Made by a program: the position numbers and the translations under genes. From a virus (taxonomy: Duplodnaviria; Caudoviricetes), in the IMG/VR virus record IMGVR_UViG_3300037483_001258, positions 1 through 44,931 of that record: a stretch of DNA of 44,931 bases. The stretch is one strand, 5' to 3'. A model generated the notes under the pieces. That model was not told where the DNA came from, made no database searches, and was given only the letters and a program-made list of their open reading frames with translations. Below are positions 1 to 9,090 of the stretch, one piece after another. Each line of letters starts with the position of its first letter. Positions within the stretch are counted from its first letter, which is position 1.

Positions 1-381
1 TTTGCCTGTCTTGCCAAGGATGCGCGTTGTGCCGTCGTTGTGAATTTCAATGCTGTCAACCTGGTCCTTATGAGCTAGTTGTTTATAAACGCTGGTCATC
101 GCACTTGCCAACTGGCGCACTTTTAGAGGAAACAGCGCAGGGATGACGTCTTCAATTACCCGGCGCACCCGCTCGGATTGGCCAATGATTGTGCGGACAG
201 GGCTGGAGTCATCAAGCTTTTTCTTTTCGCGTTCGTATTCGGCCCTCTGCGAGGTGACTTGCGCGTCAAGGGCTATGATTTTTCGGTCATCCGAGCGAAT
301 ACGCTCCGTTAATTCATCCATCGCGATCTGTGTCGCGTCAAGCTGCTTTTTAAGCGCGGTGAGCGTGCCATCGCGATCAAT
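1..381 (-). pseudogene. dndD: Downstream fragment of an SMC-like/DndD-like DNA phosphorothioation ATPase, interrupted by IS21; runs off the window start
   Basis: The minus strand reads openly IDRDGTLTALKKQLD...VIPALFPLKVRQLASAMTSVYKQLAHKDQVDSIEIHNDGTTRILGKTGK and continues the ...KISRIEGID fragment on the other side of the IS. The DndD family call is recalled similarity, not a search. Confidence 0.6.
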
Positions 382-480
382 TGGCTATTCCGGCCATGTC
401 GCCCACTTGATCCGGGCATGTCGCCCACCTACGAAAGCGCGTGAGCGCTGGACAGGGTGATTGTACAGTTAGTGGGCGGC

Positions 481-1215
481 TTACGTCAAGTCGGATTTGG
501 TTTTTCGCATAGAATCTCCGTCCAAAACGATCTTGTGGGCGTTATGTACGATCCGGTCGAGGATGGCGTCGGCCAGTGTCGGCTCGCCGATAAGATCGTG
601 CCATGTGGTGACGGGGTACTGGCTCGTGATCAGGGTAGAACGGATGCCGTGACGGTCTTCCATGATCTCATACAGGTCTCTTCGCTCCGGGTCAGTGAGC
701 GGCGCAAGTCCCCAGTCGTCGATTACGAGGAGGTCCGTTTTAGCGATTTTCTGAAGGAAGACGGCATAACTGCCGTCCCCCTTTGCCCTTGCTATTTCCT
801 GGAAGAGCCGGGATGCACGATAGAACCTGGCCGTTCCTCCTTCGCGGCAGACCTTATTGGTAAGCGCCTCTGCGAGATATGACTTGCCGACGCCGGTGGG
901 GCCGGTGATGATGACGTTGTGATGGCCCTTAATCCACTGGCAGTTTGCGAGGGTGAGGATTACGGACTTGTCCAAGCCGCGCGGTGTGCGGAAGTCGATG
1001 TCTTCTATGGTCGCCTGGTGCTTGAGTTTGGCTGCCTTGAGCCGCGTGCTGACGCGGCGGTTCTCCCGGAACAGCCATTCACGCTCCACCAACATGCCGA
1101 AGCGGTCATCGAAGGTGAGCTCGGTATTGTTCGGCCGTTCGTTTTCCTCCTTGAAAGCGGCGGCCAGGGTGTGAAGCCTCATTTGGTGCAGTTGTTCGAT
1201 AGTTTGATTGCGCAT
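481..1215 (-). CDS. istB: IS21 helper ATPase IstB
   Basis: Walker A GPTGVGKS, LLVIDDWG, ADAILDRIVH; lies downstream of istA. Confidence 0.95.
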   Translation of the reverse strand: MRNQTIEQLHQMRLHTLAAAFKEENERPNNTELTFDDRFGMLVEREWLFRENRRVSTRLKAAKLKHQATIEDIDFRTPRGLDKSVILTLANCQWIKGHHNVIITGPTGVGKSYLAEALTNKVCREGGTARFYRASRLFQEIARAKGDGSYAVFLQKIAKTDLLVIDDWGLAPLTDPERRDLYEIMEDRHGIRSTLITSQYPVTTWHDLIGEPTLADAILDRIVHNAHKIVLDGDSMRKTKSDLT

Positions 1216-1239
1216 GATTTTCTCCTTTGTGTTTTGATG

Positions 1240-2799
1240 TTAGTTGAAGTACCGGCTTCCACGGATATTTTTATGAGTTTTCGGCAGCGTCACCTCCTTC
1301 CGTTCTTCCGGGACCACGTCCAGCGGAAGAGGCATCTGATCAAGGCCGGTTTTGAGGATGGACTTGACACTCTTGTATGAGTATGCCCTGATCGCCAAGG
1401 CTCTTCGGGACGCAGCCTCAAGCCGTTCCTTGCCGTAGCGTTTCTCCAAGCGGATGATGCCCAAGGAGGCGCGGTAGCCCTGCTGCGGATGCGTTCTCGA
1501 CTTAATGACAGCGTCCACGAGCAGGGCGGTATGCGGGCCGTTGGCCGCTGCCCAGGTGATGATTCTCGACGGGGTCCACCCAAGGTATTCCTGGTGCGAC
1601 TTCGGCATATGCTCTTTGACAGTCGTATAGCCGCCCTTGACATAGCTTCTGGGATGGAGCCAGACCCGCTTGTTGTTCAAGATAAACTCGATTGTCCGGG
1701 CCGCCATCCAGACGCCGACTCTCTTTCCGACGAACGTATAGAGGACGCTGTAATAATGGCCGTCCACCTCGACGTGATAGTCGATGTTTACCGCCGCCGC
1801 TTCCTTCCATTCCGCATACTCGTAGGGTTCGGCCGGCAGGGGTCTGAGGACGGCCTTTTCCAGAGATTCAAACAGCTCTTTGCGGCTGGTGGGGAGCTTC
1901 TTAAATTTGCGCGTGTTAAGCTTTATGAGGAGTTCGGCGATTTTCTCGTTGAGTGCTGCGATGCTGAAGAAGGTGTGATTACGGAGGGCCGCGGTGATCC
2001 AGCGGGTGACCAAAAGAACGCCTGCCTCGACCTTTGCCTTGTCCTTGGGTTTTCTCGCACGAGCAGGCATGATTGCGACGTTGTAGTGCTGGCCCATGCG
2101 GTGATAGGTGGGATTGAGGTCCGGATCGTATCTGCAGGCCTTGGAGATGCCTGACTTAAGGTTGTCAGGGACGACGATTTCGGGCAAACCGTAATAGTAC
2201 TCGAAGGCTTTCGTGTGGCAGGTAATCCACCAAAACAGGCTCTGGTCCGGCACTGCCAGGACATAAGTGTAATTGCTGGCGCCGAGGACCGCAACGAAGA
2301 TCTGGGCCTCCGTTGCTTCGCCGGTTGCGGGATCGATTACGTCGATGCCTTTACCCGCAAAATCAACGAACAGTTTCTCTCCGGCTTTGTGCTCCTGCCG
2401 GAGGGTGACATCGAGACGCTTCGACCACTGGCGGAAAAGCTCACAGTACTGGCTGTACTCGTACCCGTCAGGCTGCTTCTCCTTGTACTCAAGCCACAAG
2501 AGTTGACGGGTGACGCCTTTTCTCGGCAGCTCCTGGTGGATATACTCCATATCCGGTAGGGGGTGGGCGGCGGCTGGAGCCGCCTCTTCGGGAAACAGCC
2601 TGGCATCCAGGGCATCGTCGTCCATCCCGTCGGGGAGGGGCCAACCAATGCCCGCCTGCTCCGCTTTGCGCAAATACTCGCGCACCGTGCTGGGGGCGAT
2701 GTTGCAGGACCTGGCGACCTGACGCTTGGACAGCTTCAGATCGTAGAACAGCCTTAAGACCTCTTTCGTTTTACGCATGGATACCCTTTCTTGAGTCAT
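1240..2799 (-). CDS. istA: IS21 DDE transposase IstA
   Basis: N-terminal HTH, LFVDFAG, VVPDNLKS, KPKDKAKVE motifs. Confidence 0.95.
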   Translation of the reverse strand: MTQERVSMRKTKEVLRLFYDLKLSKRQVARSCNIAPSTVREYLRKAEQAGIGWPLPDGMDDDALDARLFPEEAAPAAAHPLPDMEYIHQELPRKGVTRQLLWLEYKEKQPDGYEYSQYCELFRQWSKRLDVTLRQEHKAGEKLFVDFAGKGIDVIDPATGEATEAQIFVAVLGASNYTYVLAVPDQSLFWWITCHTKAFEYYYGLPEIVVPDNLKSGISKACRYDPDLNPTYHRMGQHYNVAIMPARARKPKDKAKVEAGVLLVTRWITAALRNHTFFSIAALNEKIAELLIKLNTRKFKKLPTSRKELFESLEKAVLRPLPAEPYEYAEWKEAAAVNIDYHVEVDGHYYSVLYTFVGKRVGVWMAARTIEFILNNKRVWLHPRSYVKGGYTTVKEHMPKSHQEYLGWTPSRIITWAAANGPHTALLVDAVIKSRTHPQQGYRASLGIIRLEKRYGKERLEAASRRALAIRAYSYKSVKSILKTGLDQMPLPLDVVPEERKEVTLPKTHKNIRGSRYFN

Positions 2800-2917
2800 C
2801 GTTCCTCCCTTGGAATGATTAGAAGGAAGAACAATACTCGTTTCGATACTCGGTATCCAGCGCTAAGGCGTTTCGTCAGGCGACTATTTTAATTGGTTCC
2901 GACGGCATCCAAAAAAG

Positions 2918-3012
2918 TGGGCGGCATGCCGCCGGAATCAGTGGGCGACATGCATCGGAACAGGTGGGCGACATGAATCGGAATGGGTGGGCGACATGGC
3001 CCGGAATACACA
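2918..3012. repeat. IS21 subterminal transposase-binding repeats
   Basis: Four GTGGGCG(A/G)CATG copies at ~23-bp spacing; two inverted copies at the other end (about 395-428). Confidence 0.85.
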
Positions 3013-3322
3013 ATCAATACCTTCGATACGAGATATTTTTCTCCCCAACTCGTCCACACGCTGTTGCAGAGCGTGCTGCTCATTCAACATGTCGTAAATT
3101 TCTTTCTGGCCAAGGCTTATTGAGGCAAGGAATTCAAATGCCTTTTGTCTTAAAGAATCATGCAGATACTCATGCATGATTTCCTTCGCACAGTCGTCAG
3201 GCGGCGGGTAGAATAGACTCGCCCATGCCGTTTCGATTCGCTTTTTTATGGCAACGAGTTGTTCCTCAGTAAGCGCTGGCTGTATATCTGGCGTAGTTTG
3301 AGATAAAAAAGCTGTTTCGAAT
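3013..3322 (-). pseudogene. dndD: Middle fragment of the DndD-like gene, between IS21 and the prophage left end
   Basis: FETAFLSQTTPDIQP...RIETAWASLFYPPPDDCAKEIMHEYL...KISRIEGID joins the 1-381 fragment when the IS and one TSD copy are removed. Upstream sequence turns into non-coding phage end DNA. Confidence 0.6.
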
Positions 3323-3358
3323 TGAGACTTACACGAGAGAATTGTGAGAAAGAATTTA

Positions 3359-3375
3359 AAAAAACGCGATAAATG
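3359..3375 (+). repeat. Left subterminal inverted repeat, probable transposase-binding site
   Basis: AAAAAACGCGATAAATG is the exact reverse complement of CATTTATCGCGTTTTTT at 44805-44821. Confidence 0.8.
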
Positions 3376-3636
3376 AATTGAATGAACGCGGGAATTGACG
3401 GGGGAAAACGGGGTTTCGCGGGAAAGCGTTAAAATTGGTTTGACGAAAGCGGGGCGAAAAATCGGGCCGCTTTTGAACCCAATGAACAGCCGTGAAACCG
3501 CTCGTCGGCGCGGGGTTGAAAACGGGACGCCCTCACGAACCTTATTCCACCGGACTATCTTGCCGATACGCTTCGGTCCATCTTCCCCTCTCTCCCGCTC
3601 GACCGCCGGCTTTTCTCCGCGATCCGCCAAAACAAG

Positions 3637-4227
3637 CTATTCTCCTGATCGCATCTTTTTAATATACTTCGCGGCTACTGCCGGTACGGCAACGCTGGCG
3701 CCCATGGCGTTTGCACCCTCAAATTTACCCATGCCCACGCCATAGACCTGGATAATGTCACCCTCGTAGATATTCATCGTTCCCGTGTACGCGATGATGG
3801 CCGTGTCGTAATTGTCCGATATGTACGCCTGTATCGCGGTATTGCCGTCCGCCTCTTCTATCGTCATGATCTTCGCCGGAAACCGCAGGCGCACGGCAAC
3901 GAATTTATCGGGGTTTTTAAGCAGCTCTTTATAGTAGACGTTTTTGCCGTCGTCTTTTTGAACTATTTTCAGGCATGATGCCTTGAATTCTCTTTCCGTC
4001 TCCGGCTTTGCGTTGTCGGTGAACGGAGTTGCTATCGGCTTTTGTGGCTTCGGCCCGGGCGCTGCTTGCGGTGCGACGGAGATGTACGGCGGCTCTGAGT
4101 TGGATATCTTTTTCGGCGACTCACTGAGACACGAACCCGCGTTTGAAATAACGTAAATAACCAGGCCAATCGTTAATAAATATCCAATTATTTTAAAACC
4201 ACCACCCCTATCATTGTAATCCACCAT
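3637..4227 (-). CDS. Membrane-anchored protein downstream of the repressor (possible lysogenic conversion or exclusion protein)
   Basis: N-terminal hydrophobic helix IIGYLLTIGLVIYVI, Pro-rich linker, globular C-terminal domain YKELLKNPDKF...IYEGDIIQVYG. ATG at 4227 has a purine-rich upstream sequence. Confidence 0.7.
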   Translation of the reverse strand: MVDYNDRGGGFKIIGYLLTIGLVIYVISNAGSCLSESPKKISNSEPPYISVAPQAAPGPKPQKPIATPFTDNAKPETEREFKASCLKIVQKDDGKNVYYKELLKNPDKFVAVRLRFPAKIMTIEEADGNTAIQAYISDNYDTAIIAYTGTMNIYEGDIIQVYGVGMGKFEGANAMGASVAVPAVAAKYIKKMRSGE

Positions 4228-4244
4228 AGTAATTCTCTTTCTCC

Positions 4245-4655
4245 TTATGGCTTCAGCTTTTCCCACACTTCCCTGGCGCGGCTTCTGGACTCGAGTAAAT
4301 CGAGAAGCAGTTGTCTCTCTGATTCTGGTTCTTTGTTTAGCAATTCAAGAATTTTGAGGATCCGATCATCGCCGCTGTTAATGCAGTATTGAGACATCTT
4401 TTCGCCAATCCTATCTATTATCCAGTCTTTCCCCTCGCGCTTGTGTTGCCCCTCTCCTGTGAGTAAATAATCAATCGACAGTTTATACTTCAGCGCAAAT
4501 TGAATGACTCTTTCTGCGGGAATTTCTCCATTCTTTTTGAAATTTGAGAATGCCTGCGGAGAAATACCCAATGATTTTGCGATAGAGGACTCGTTCTTCA
4601 GGCCGGACTCCTCAAGCATTCGTTCAAGCGTCACTTTATACAAAAAAATCGTCAT
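4245..4655 (-). CDS. CI-like phage repressor (HTH)
   Basis: ESSIAKSLGISPQAFSNFKKNGEIP...SIDYLLTGEG; divergent from the early operon. Start could be 4655 or 4673. Confidence 0.85.
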   Translation of the reverse strand: MTIFLYKVTLERMLEESGLKNESSIAKSLGISPQAFSNFKKNGEIPAERVIQFALKYKLSIDYLLTGEGQHKREGKDWIIDRIGEKMSQYCINSGDDRILKILELLNKEPESERQLLLDLLESRSRAREVWEKLKP

Positions 4656-4666
4656 TAAATTACCAC

Positions 4667-4720
4667 TTGACATTATTGTAAGTTCTCCTGTATATTACAA
4701 CAGTAGCTTACATTCGTAAG
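4667..4720 (+). promoter_or_regulatory. Early promoter and operator region
   Basis: TTGACA (4667-4672), 18 nt, TATATT (4691-4696). Inverted pairs TTGTAA/TTACAA and CTTAC-ATTC-GTAAG overlap it. Confidence 0.65.
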
Positions 4721-4728
4721 GTGATGAG

Positions 4729-4953
4729 TTGAAAAAAATGACCAAGACAATTTTAAAAGCCTTGATCGACCAGGACATAACGCGGAGTGCGCTTGCCGAA
4801 CGCATCGGGCGTTCCCGCGTGTATACCAGCAACGTGATTAATGGCCGGTTCTCGAAGCCCCCACTCGCAACAATAAAACTGATTGCAGATGTACTTGGAA
4901 TTCCTGTCGAGGAACTGTTGGCAACAGGAAAATATCGTAAGCGCGCTGCATAA
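4729..4953 (+). CDS. Cro/Ner-like XRE HTH regulator
   Basis: ITRSALAERIGRSRVYTSNVING...IADVLGIPVEEL; first gene of the early operon. Confidence 0.85.
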   Translation: MKKMTKTILKALIDQDITRSALAERIGRSRVYTSNVINGRFSKPPLATIKLIADVLGIPVEELLATGKYRKRAA

Positions 4954-4996
4954 GGGGAAACTGCCCCGATTGTAGCGCTTTTTTTGTGCTCTGTCT

Positions 4997-5500
4997 ATGA
5001 CGAAATCAATTAAAAAATCGGCGGATGAGACGAAACAAGTCACTATTTTTGACCTGCTGAAACGGCAGTCTGAAGAGGCAGTGAGGCATGATGTGCACGC
5101 GCACGCGGGGAGTCTGTACTTTCGTGCCGAGCTTTGCGCGGCCCTGTCGCAGGATCTGACGCATGCGCATTGCGAGGCTGGCCGGGAGCTGTCCCGGTTC
5201 GACGTGGCTTCGGCGATGTCGAACCTATTGAATTATGAAGTCATGAAATCCACGCTTGATAACTGGACATCGGTTTCGCATGACGGCCGGGTGCCGGACG
5301 CGATCGAACTGGCGGCTTTTGTGCGGGCGACGGGGCAGCGCAGGGCGATTGAGTGCGTGAGCCGGCACGCGGGGATATTTGCGCTGCCGGGGCCGGATGC
5401 GCTTCGAGCTGAGATACGGAGGCGCGAGGAGATAATCGAGCGGGAGCGGCGGGAAATCACGAAGAGCAAGGTCCTGCTTAAGGAGGTTGAAAAAATATAA
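4997..5500 (+). CDS. Phage early protein, possibly regulatory
   Basis: 167-aa ORF in operon order; LSRFDVASAMSNLL...STLDNWTS is HTH-like. Confidence 0.65.
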   Translation: MTKSIKKSADETKQVTIFDLLKRQSEEAVRHDVHAHAGSLYFRAELCAALSQDLTHAHCEAGRELSRFDVASAMSNLLNYEVMKSTLDNWTSVSHDGRVPDAIELAAFVRATGQRRAIECVSRHAGIFALPGPDALRAEIRRREEIIERERREITKSKVLLKEVEKI

Positions 5501-5715
5501 TGGGCGCTGATTATCCTGGACAGGAACGGGCTATTGAGATTTTGCGGGCGCTGCCGCCGGAGTGCCGGGAGTTTCTGGGGCATCACATCAACAATGCGTT
5601 GTCCTCGGTGATTGGCGGGATACGAACGAAACAGTACGACCTGGCGGAGAAGGCGGCGTGGCACATCAATGAGGATCTCAAGCTGATCGGGATAAATAAG
5701 TTCAGGAGGGGGTGA
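5500..5715 (+). CDS. Hypothetical phage protein
   Basis: TAATG-coupled to the upstream ORF. Confidence 0.6.
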   Translation: MGADYPGQERAIEILRALPPECREFLGHHINNALSSVIGGIRTKQYDLAEKAAWHINEDLKLIGINKFRRG

Positions 5716-5963
5716 GGAGGATGGAGGGTGAGGCGAAGTACACGACGAAGTACGCGGGGAGAGTTGAGAACGAGCTGCGGGACATCGTGAGCGACATGTC
5801 GCGGCAGTGTTTTTCCGTGCTGGCGTCGCGGGGCGTGCTGATCGGGGAAAAAGAGCGGATTGATCTGATGCAGGCGCTGCATAACGCGGTGACGCGGTCG
5901 GTGGAGATCGAGGCGGCGATCGTGATGCTGATGGAGCGCGGGGACGGGCCGCGGGCGGCGTAA
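5712..5963 (+). CDS. Hypothetical phage protein
   Basis: Overlaps the upstream stop; strong RBS. Confidence 0.6.
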   Translation: MRRMEGEAKYTTKYAGRVENELRDIVSDMSRQCFSVLASRGVLIGEKERIDLMQALHNAVTRSVEIEAAIVMLMERGDGPRAA

Positions 5964-6005
5964 TTTTTTCACCGCGGAGGCGCGGAGACGCGGAGGGAGG
6001 CGGGC

Positions 6006-6191
6006 ATGACGGATGCTGAATTGAATGCGCTGGCGAGTCTGAACAAGCGGGCGGCGGATATTGCGTTTTGCGCTTCGCAGGAGCGGGACCCGCGGGTGAG
6101 GGAGCGGATGCTGGAGAACGCGAAGCGGTTGTTCGACGTGGTGACGCTATCGCTGGAGGTGGATCGCATGGTGCGGGAGGTGCGGGCGTAA
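6006..6191 (+). CDS. Hypothetical phage protein
   Basis: GGAGG RBS; coupled to the next ORF. Confidence 0.55.
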   Translation: MTDAELNALASLNKRAADIAFCASQERDPRVRERMLENAKRLFDVVTLSLEVDRMVREVRA

Positions 6192-6478
6192 TGGCGGGGG
6201 ATAAAAAAACGGATTACACGAATGAGAGTCAACAGAACTTGATGCGGATCGTGCAGTACCTGGCGACGGATGTGACACGGGTGATGTCTCAGCGGGAGAT
6301 AGAGGAGGCGCTGGAACTGTCGTACTCGAAGGTGAATTTCACACTGCATAATCTGCGCATGCAGAATTGGACCGAGCAGGTGGCTGATGGGTGGCGGCTG
6401 TCGCCGCTGATTGTGAGGATCGCGGACAGTGTGCGGAAGGGCTTCGCGGATACGGCGCAGAGATATTTGGGGACGTAG
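6191..6478 (+). CDS. Winged-HTH DNA-binding protein
   Basis: MAGDKKTDYTNESQQNLMRIVQYL...SQREIEEALELSYSKVNFTLHNL...GWRLSP; TAATG coupling. Confidence 0.7.
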   Translation: MAGDKKTDYTNESQQNLMRIVQYLATDVTRVMSQREIEEALELSYSKVNFTLHNLRMQNWTEQVADGWRLSPLIVRIADSVRKGFADTAQRYLGT

Positions 6479-6494
6479 TGGCCGGTGTGGAGAT

Positions 6495-6570
6495 TCGGGG
6501 AACGTTCCCCGATGGCACTTAATATAATCAATAGCTTAGCACAGGAAACCGGGGAATCATTCCCCGAATC
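6495..6570. promoter_or_regulatory. Two palindromes flanking an IHF-consensus site
   Basis: TCGGGGAACGTTCCCCGA (6495-6512), AATCAATAGCTTA (6526-6538, matches WATCAANNNNTTR), CGGGGAAT-C-ATTCCCCG (6550-6566). Confidence 0.55.
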
Positions 6571-6580
6571 GGGAGGTAGG

Positions 6581-7357
6581 ATGAAAATCGAAGAACAGAA
6601 ACGTATGAGCGAGATGATCGGTGCCATGAAGGCGATGCACGCGGTCGGTAGTTACATTAATGCAGCCCGATACGCTATGTACAAACAGGTGAAGGATAGC
6701 GGATTTTTCAAACTCACAGGAAAAGACTGGAACTCCTTCTGTAAGGAAGACCTCGGCGCGGATCGCAAAACCATAGACGGCGAGATTAAGATGCTCGAAG
6801 AGTTTGGCGAGCCGTTTGTTGCCTCACTTGAAAAGATCGGACTCAAGAAAAAAGACATGCTCCTGCTTTGCGCCATGCCCGAGGACGCCAAGGCCAATAT
6901 TAAGGCCGGTGAAATTCAGATTGGCGAGCAGGTGTTTCTTGTGGATGAAATCCCGGAGAAGGCGGATGAGTTTCTGCGCGGGTTTTCGCTTCTGGCGAAG
7001 GAAATGGAGCTGCAGAAAAAAGAGCTGAAGCAGGTGCAGAAAAAGCTTGAGGGCTTCGACGGCGAGCAGAAAAAGGCTGAGAAGTCATTGCTTAAAAAAA
7101 TCGATGAGCTGACCGCGCTTACTTCTCCCGTGGACACACCGGAGCATATCCTCGCCGGGTTCGCGCGGATTGACAAGGGGTTCGATGATTTGGAGACGAT
7201 CATTCGGACGTTTGTTTGGAAGGCCGCGAAAGACGCGATCCTTGCGGACCCGGCGCTGCAGGCGAGGGTGGAGGGGTTGCAGTCGCAGATGCGGGCGAGA
7301 GTAGAGGGGCTTATCAAGGACTGGGACGTGGAAATTAATAATGGGGGTGAATTATGA
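6581..7357 (+). CDS. Coiled-coil phage protein preceding the transposase (DUF3102-like position)
   Basis: GGAGG RBS before ATG 6581; WNSFCKEDLG motif followed by a coiled coil. Confidence 0.65.
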   Translation: MKIEEQKRMSEMIGAMKAMHAVGSYINAARYAMYKQVKDSGFFKLTGKDWNSFCKEDLGADRKTIDGEIKMLEEFGEPFVASLEKIGLKKKDMLLLCAMPEDAKANIKAGEIQIGEQVFLVDEIPEKADEFLRGFSLLAKEMELQKKELKQVQKKLEGFDGEQKKAEKSLLKKIDELTALTSPVDTPEHILAGFARIDKGFDDLETIIRTFVWKAAKDAILADPALQARVEGLQSQMRARVEGLIKDWDVEINNGGEL

Positions 7358-7475
7358 GTAAGGCCCTTGACGCGCTGCATGAACATCTGCGGAAAACGAA
7401 CCACACGATGACAGTACCACCCCTCACCTAACCTCTCCCCTGAGGGGAGAGGAATAAAGAAGTCTGGAGCCTGGC

Positions 7476-9074
7476 ATGGGAATCAACTTGGACGTGATGC
7501 AGCAGATAAGACAAGCCCTGGCGACAGCGCCGCACGGGCACAAGACCACGACCATGCAGCGATGGGCCGTGCTCGTGGGGCTGACGCCCCAGACGTTATA
7601 CCGCGAGCTGGACCTGGGCGCGAAGACGCGCTCGGCCGCGGTGAAGCGGCCGGAGCTTCGCGAGTGGGCGAAGGTGGTCGCAATGGTGAAGAAGCGGCCG
7701 CCGGAAGAGGCTGGCGAAATATCCACGGATCAGGCTGTGCGGATCGCCATTGAATCGAAGCTTGTCCCCGTCTCTGCCATGGATGTCTCCCCTGCCACGT
7801 TCGACCGCGTCATGCGCGAGATGGGGACCGCGAAAAAGTCAGTCCGCGCGAACAGGTTTCAGGCAAAGGAGCCGAACCAGGCGCACCACTTCGACGCATC
7901 GTCCTCCGCGTTTTTCTACGTGGCGAAGCGCATGCCGGACGGGGAGTTTGTTCTCCGGATGCACCGGCCCGCGGCCGGGGATTATAAAAACAAGCCTGTG
8001 CCGGTGGACAAGCTGCGGCCCTGGTATTACGGGCTCTGCGACGACCACAGCGGGCGCAAGATCGCGAGGCTCATTGTGGGCCAGGGCGAAAACGCGGCGG
8101 ACTCTATTTTATCCATCGCGGAATTTTGGAGAGTGTTCGGCGTTCCGAAAAAGCTGCTGGCAGATCAAGGCATGCTGAAAAAGTGTTTAGCCACGTCGGG
8201 CTTCATCCACGCCTGCGGCGTGTCGTTCCCGCAGATGATGCCCTATGCAAAACGCGGGCACGGCAAAATCGAGAACCCATGGAAGACGCAGTGGCAGCGC
8301 TTTGAAAAACCGTTTTACGCCGCTGACGACTGGCAGCATTACGAGATCACGGCAACGGAAATGAACCGCCGGCTGGACAACTACATGGAAGAGGAAAACC
8401 AGAGGGCGCATCGGTTCGAGCGCGGGATCACGCGCATGGACGCATGGCGCCGGGTGATGCTCTCCGGTGGGATCGTGACGCTGCCCGAGGACGCGCTCTC
8501 CAGGGCGCACACCATGGATCGGCGCAAGGTCGGGATAGACGGACTGGTCCATCTGGACAACGGGCTCTATGAGGTCAAGGGGCTTCACGACGCCTGGGCC
8601 TTTGTGTATCGGTCCATGTTCGAGGACAAAATGGTGGCGGAGGATTGTGAGACCGGTGAGCGGTACGAAGTGAAGGACTTTGCGCCGCTGGACGAGGGCG
8701 AGTACCGGGCGCATGTTGATACGGCGCACCAGCGGGCGGTGAAGGACGGAGCGGCATTGACGATACCGGAATCCGCTCTGCCGTTTCAGTCCACCCCCTG
8801 CGCCCCCGCCAGCGGGGGATATGGGGCAGGCAAGGTCGTGCGACTGCCGATCCGCGAGACGGTGCGGGAGGTGGCGGACGTGTTCGATGTTACATGCCAT
8901 GCGGACGTTGAAACGGCGATGAGCGAATTTCATGACATTGTCGGGCCGGTGGACGCCGAGGTGCGGGACGTGGTGATGGCGGCATTCATGGAAAACGGGC
9001 TGGATAAATGTTTTGTTCGGGAAATGGCAATGGAGATGCGGGGAGAAGTGGAGCGGCGTCGGGCCGCAATCTAA
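7476..9074 (+). CDS. Mu-like DDE transposase (A protein)
   Basis: HFDASS, GLCDDHSGR, LLADQG, GHGKIENPW give a D-D-E arrangement; followed by an AAA ATPase. Confidence 0.85.
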   Translation: MGINLDVMQQIRQALATAPHGHKTTTMQRWAVLVGLTPQTLYRELDLGAKTRSAAVKRPELREWAKVVAMVKKRPPEEAGEISTDQAVRIAIESKLVPVSAMDVSPATFDRVMREMGTAKKSVRANRFQAKEPNQAHHFDASSSAFFYVAKRMPDGEFVLRMHRPAAGDYKNKPVPVDKLRPWYYGLCDDHSGRKIARLIVGQGENAADSILSIAEFWRVFGVPKKLLADQGMLKKCLATSGFIHACGVSFPQMMPYAKRGHGKIENPWKTQWQRFEKPFYAADDWQHYEITATEMNRRLDNYMEEENQRAHRFERGITRMDAWRRVMLSGGIVTLPEDALSRAHTMDRRKVGIDGLVHLDNGLYEVKGLHDAWAFVYRSMFEDKMVAEDCETGERYEVKDFAPLDEGEYRAHVDTAHQRAVKDGAALTIPESALPFQSTPCAPASGGYGAGKVVRLPIRETVREVADVFDVTCHADVETAMSEFHDIVGPVDAEVRDVVMAAFMENGLDKCFVREMAMEMRGEVERRRAAI

Positions 9075-9090
9075 AAGGGAGGGTGTAACT

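Larger units (their letters stand above)
382..3012 (-). mobile_element. Complete IS21-family insertion sequence (istA-istB)
   Basis: Ends TGGCTATTCCGGCCATGTCGCCCAC (382) and GTGGGCGACATGGCCCGGAATACACA (3012) are imperfect inverted repeats with TG...CA termini. The 6-bp direct repeat ATCAAT lies at 376-381 and 3013-3018. Confidence 0.95.

Noticed and set aside
2938-3630. 230-aa ORF as a real gene
   Set aside because: It is a chimera of phage end DNA, the dndD-like fragment and the IS end.
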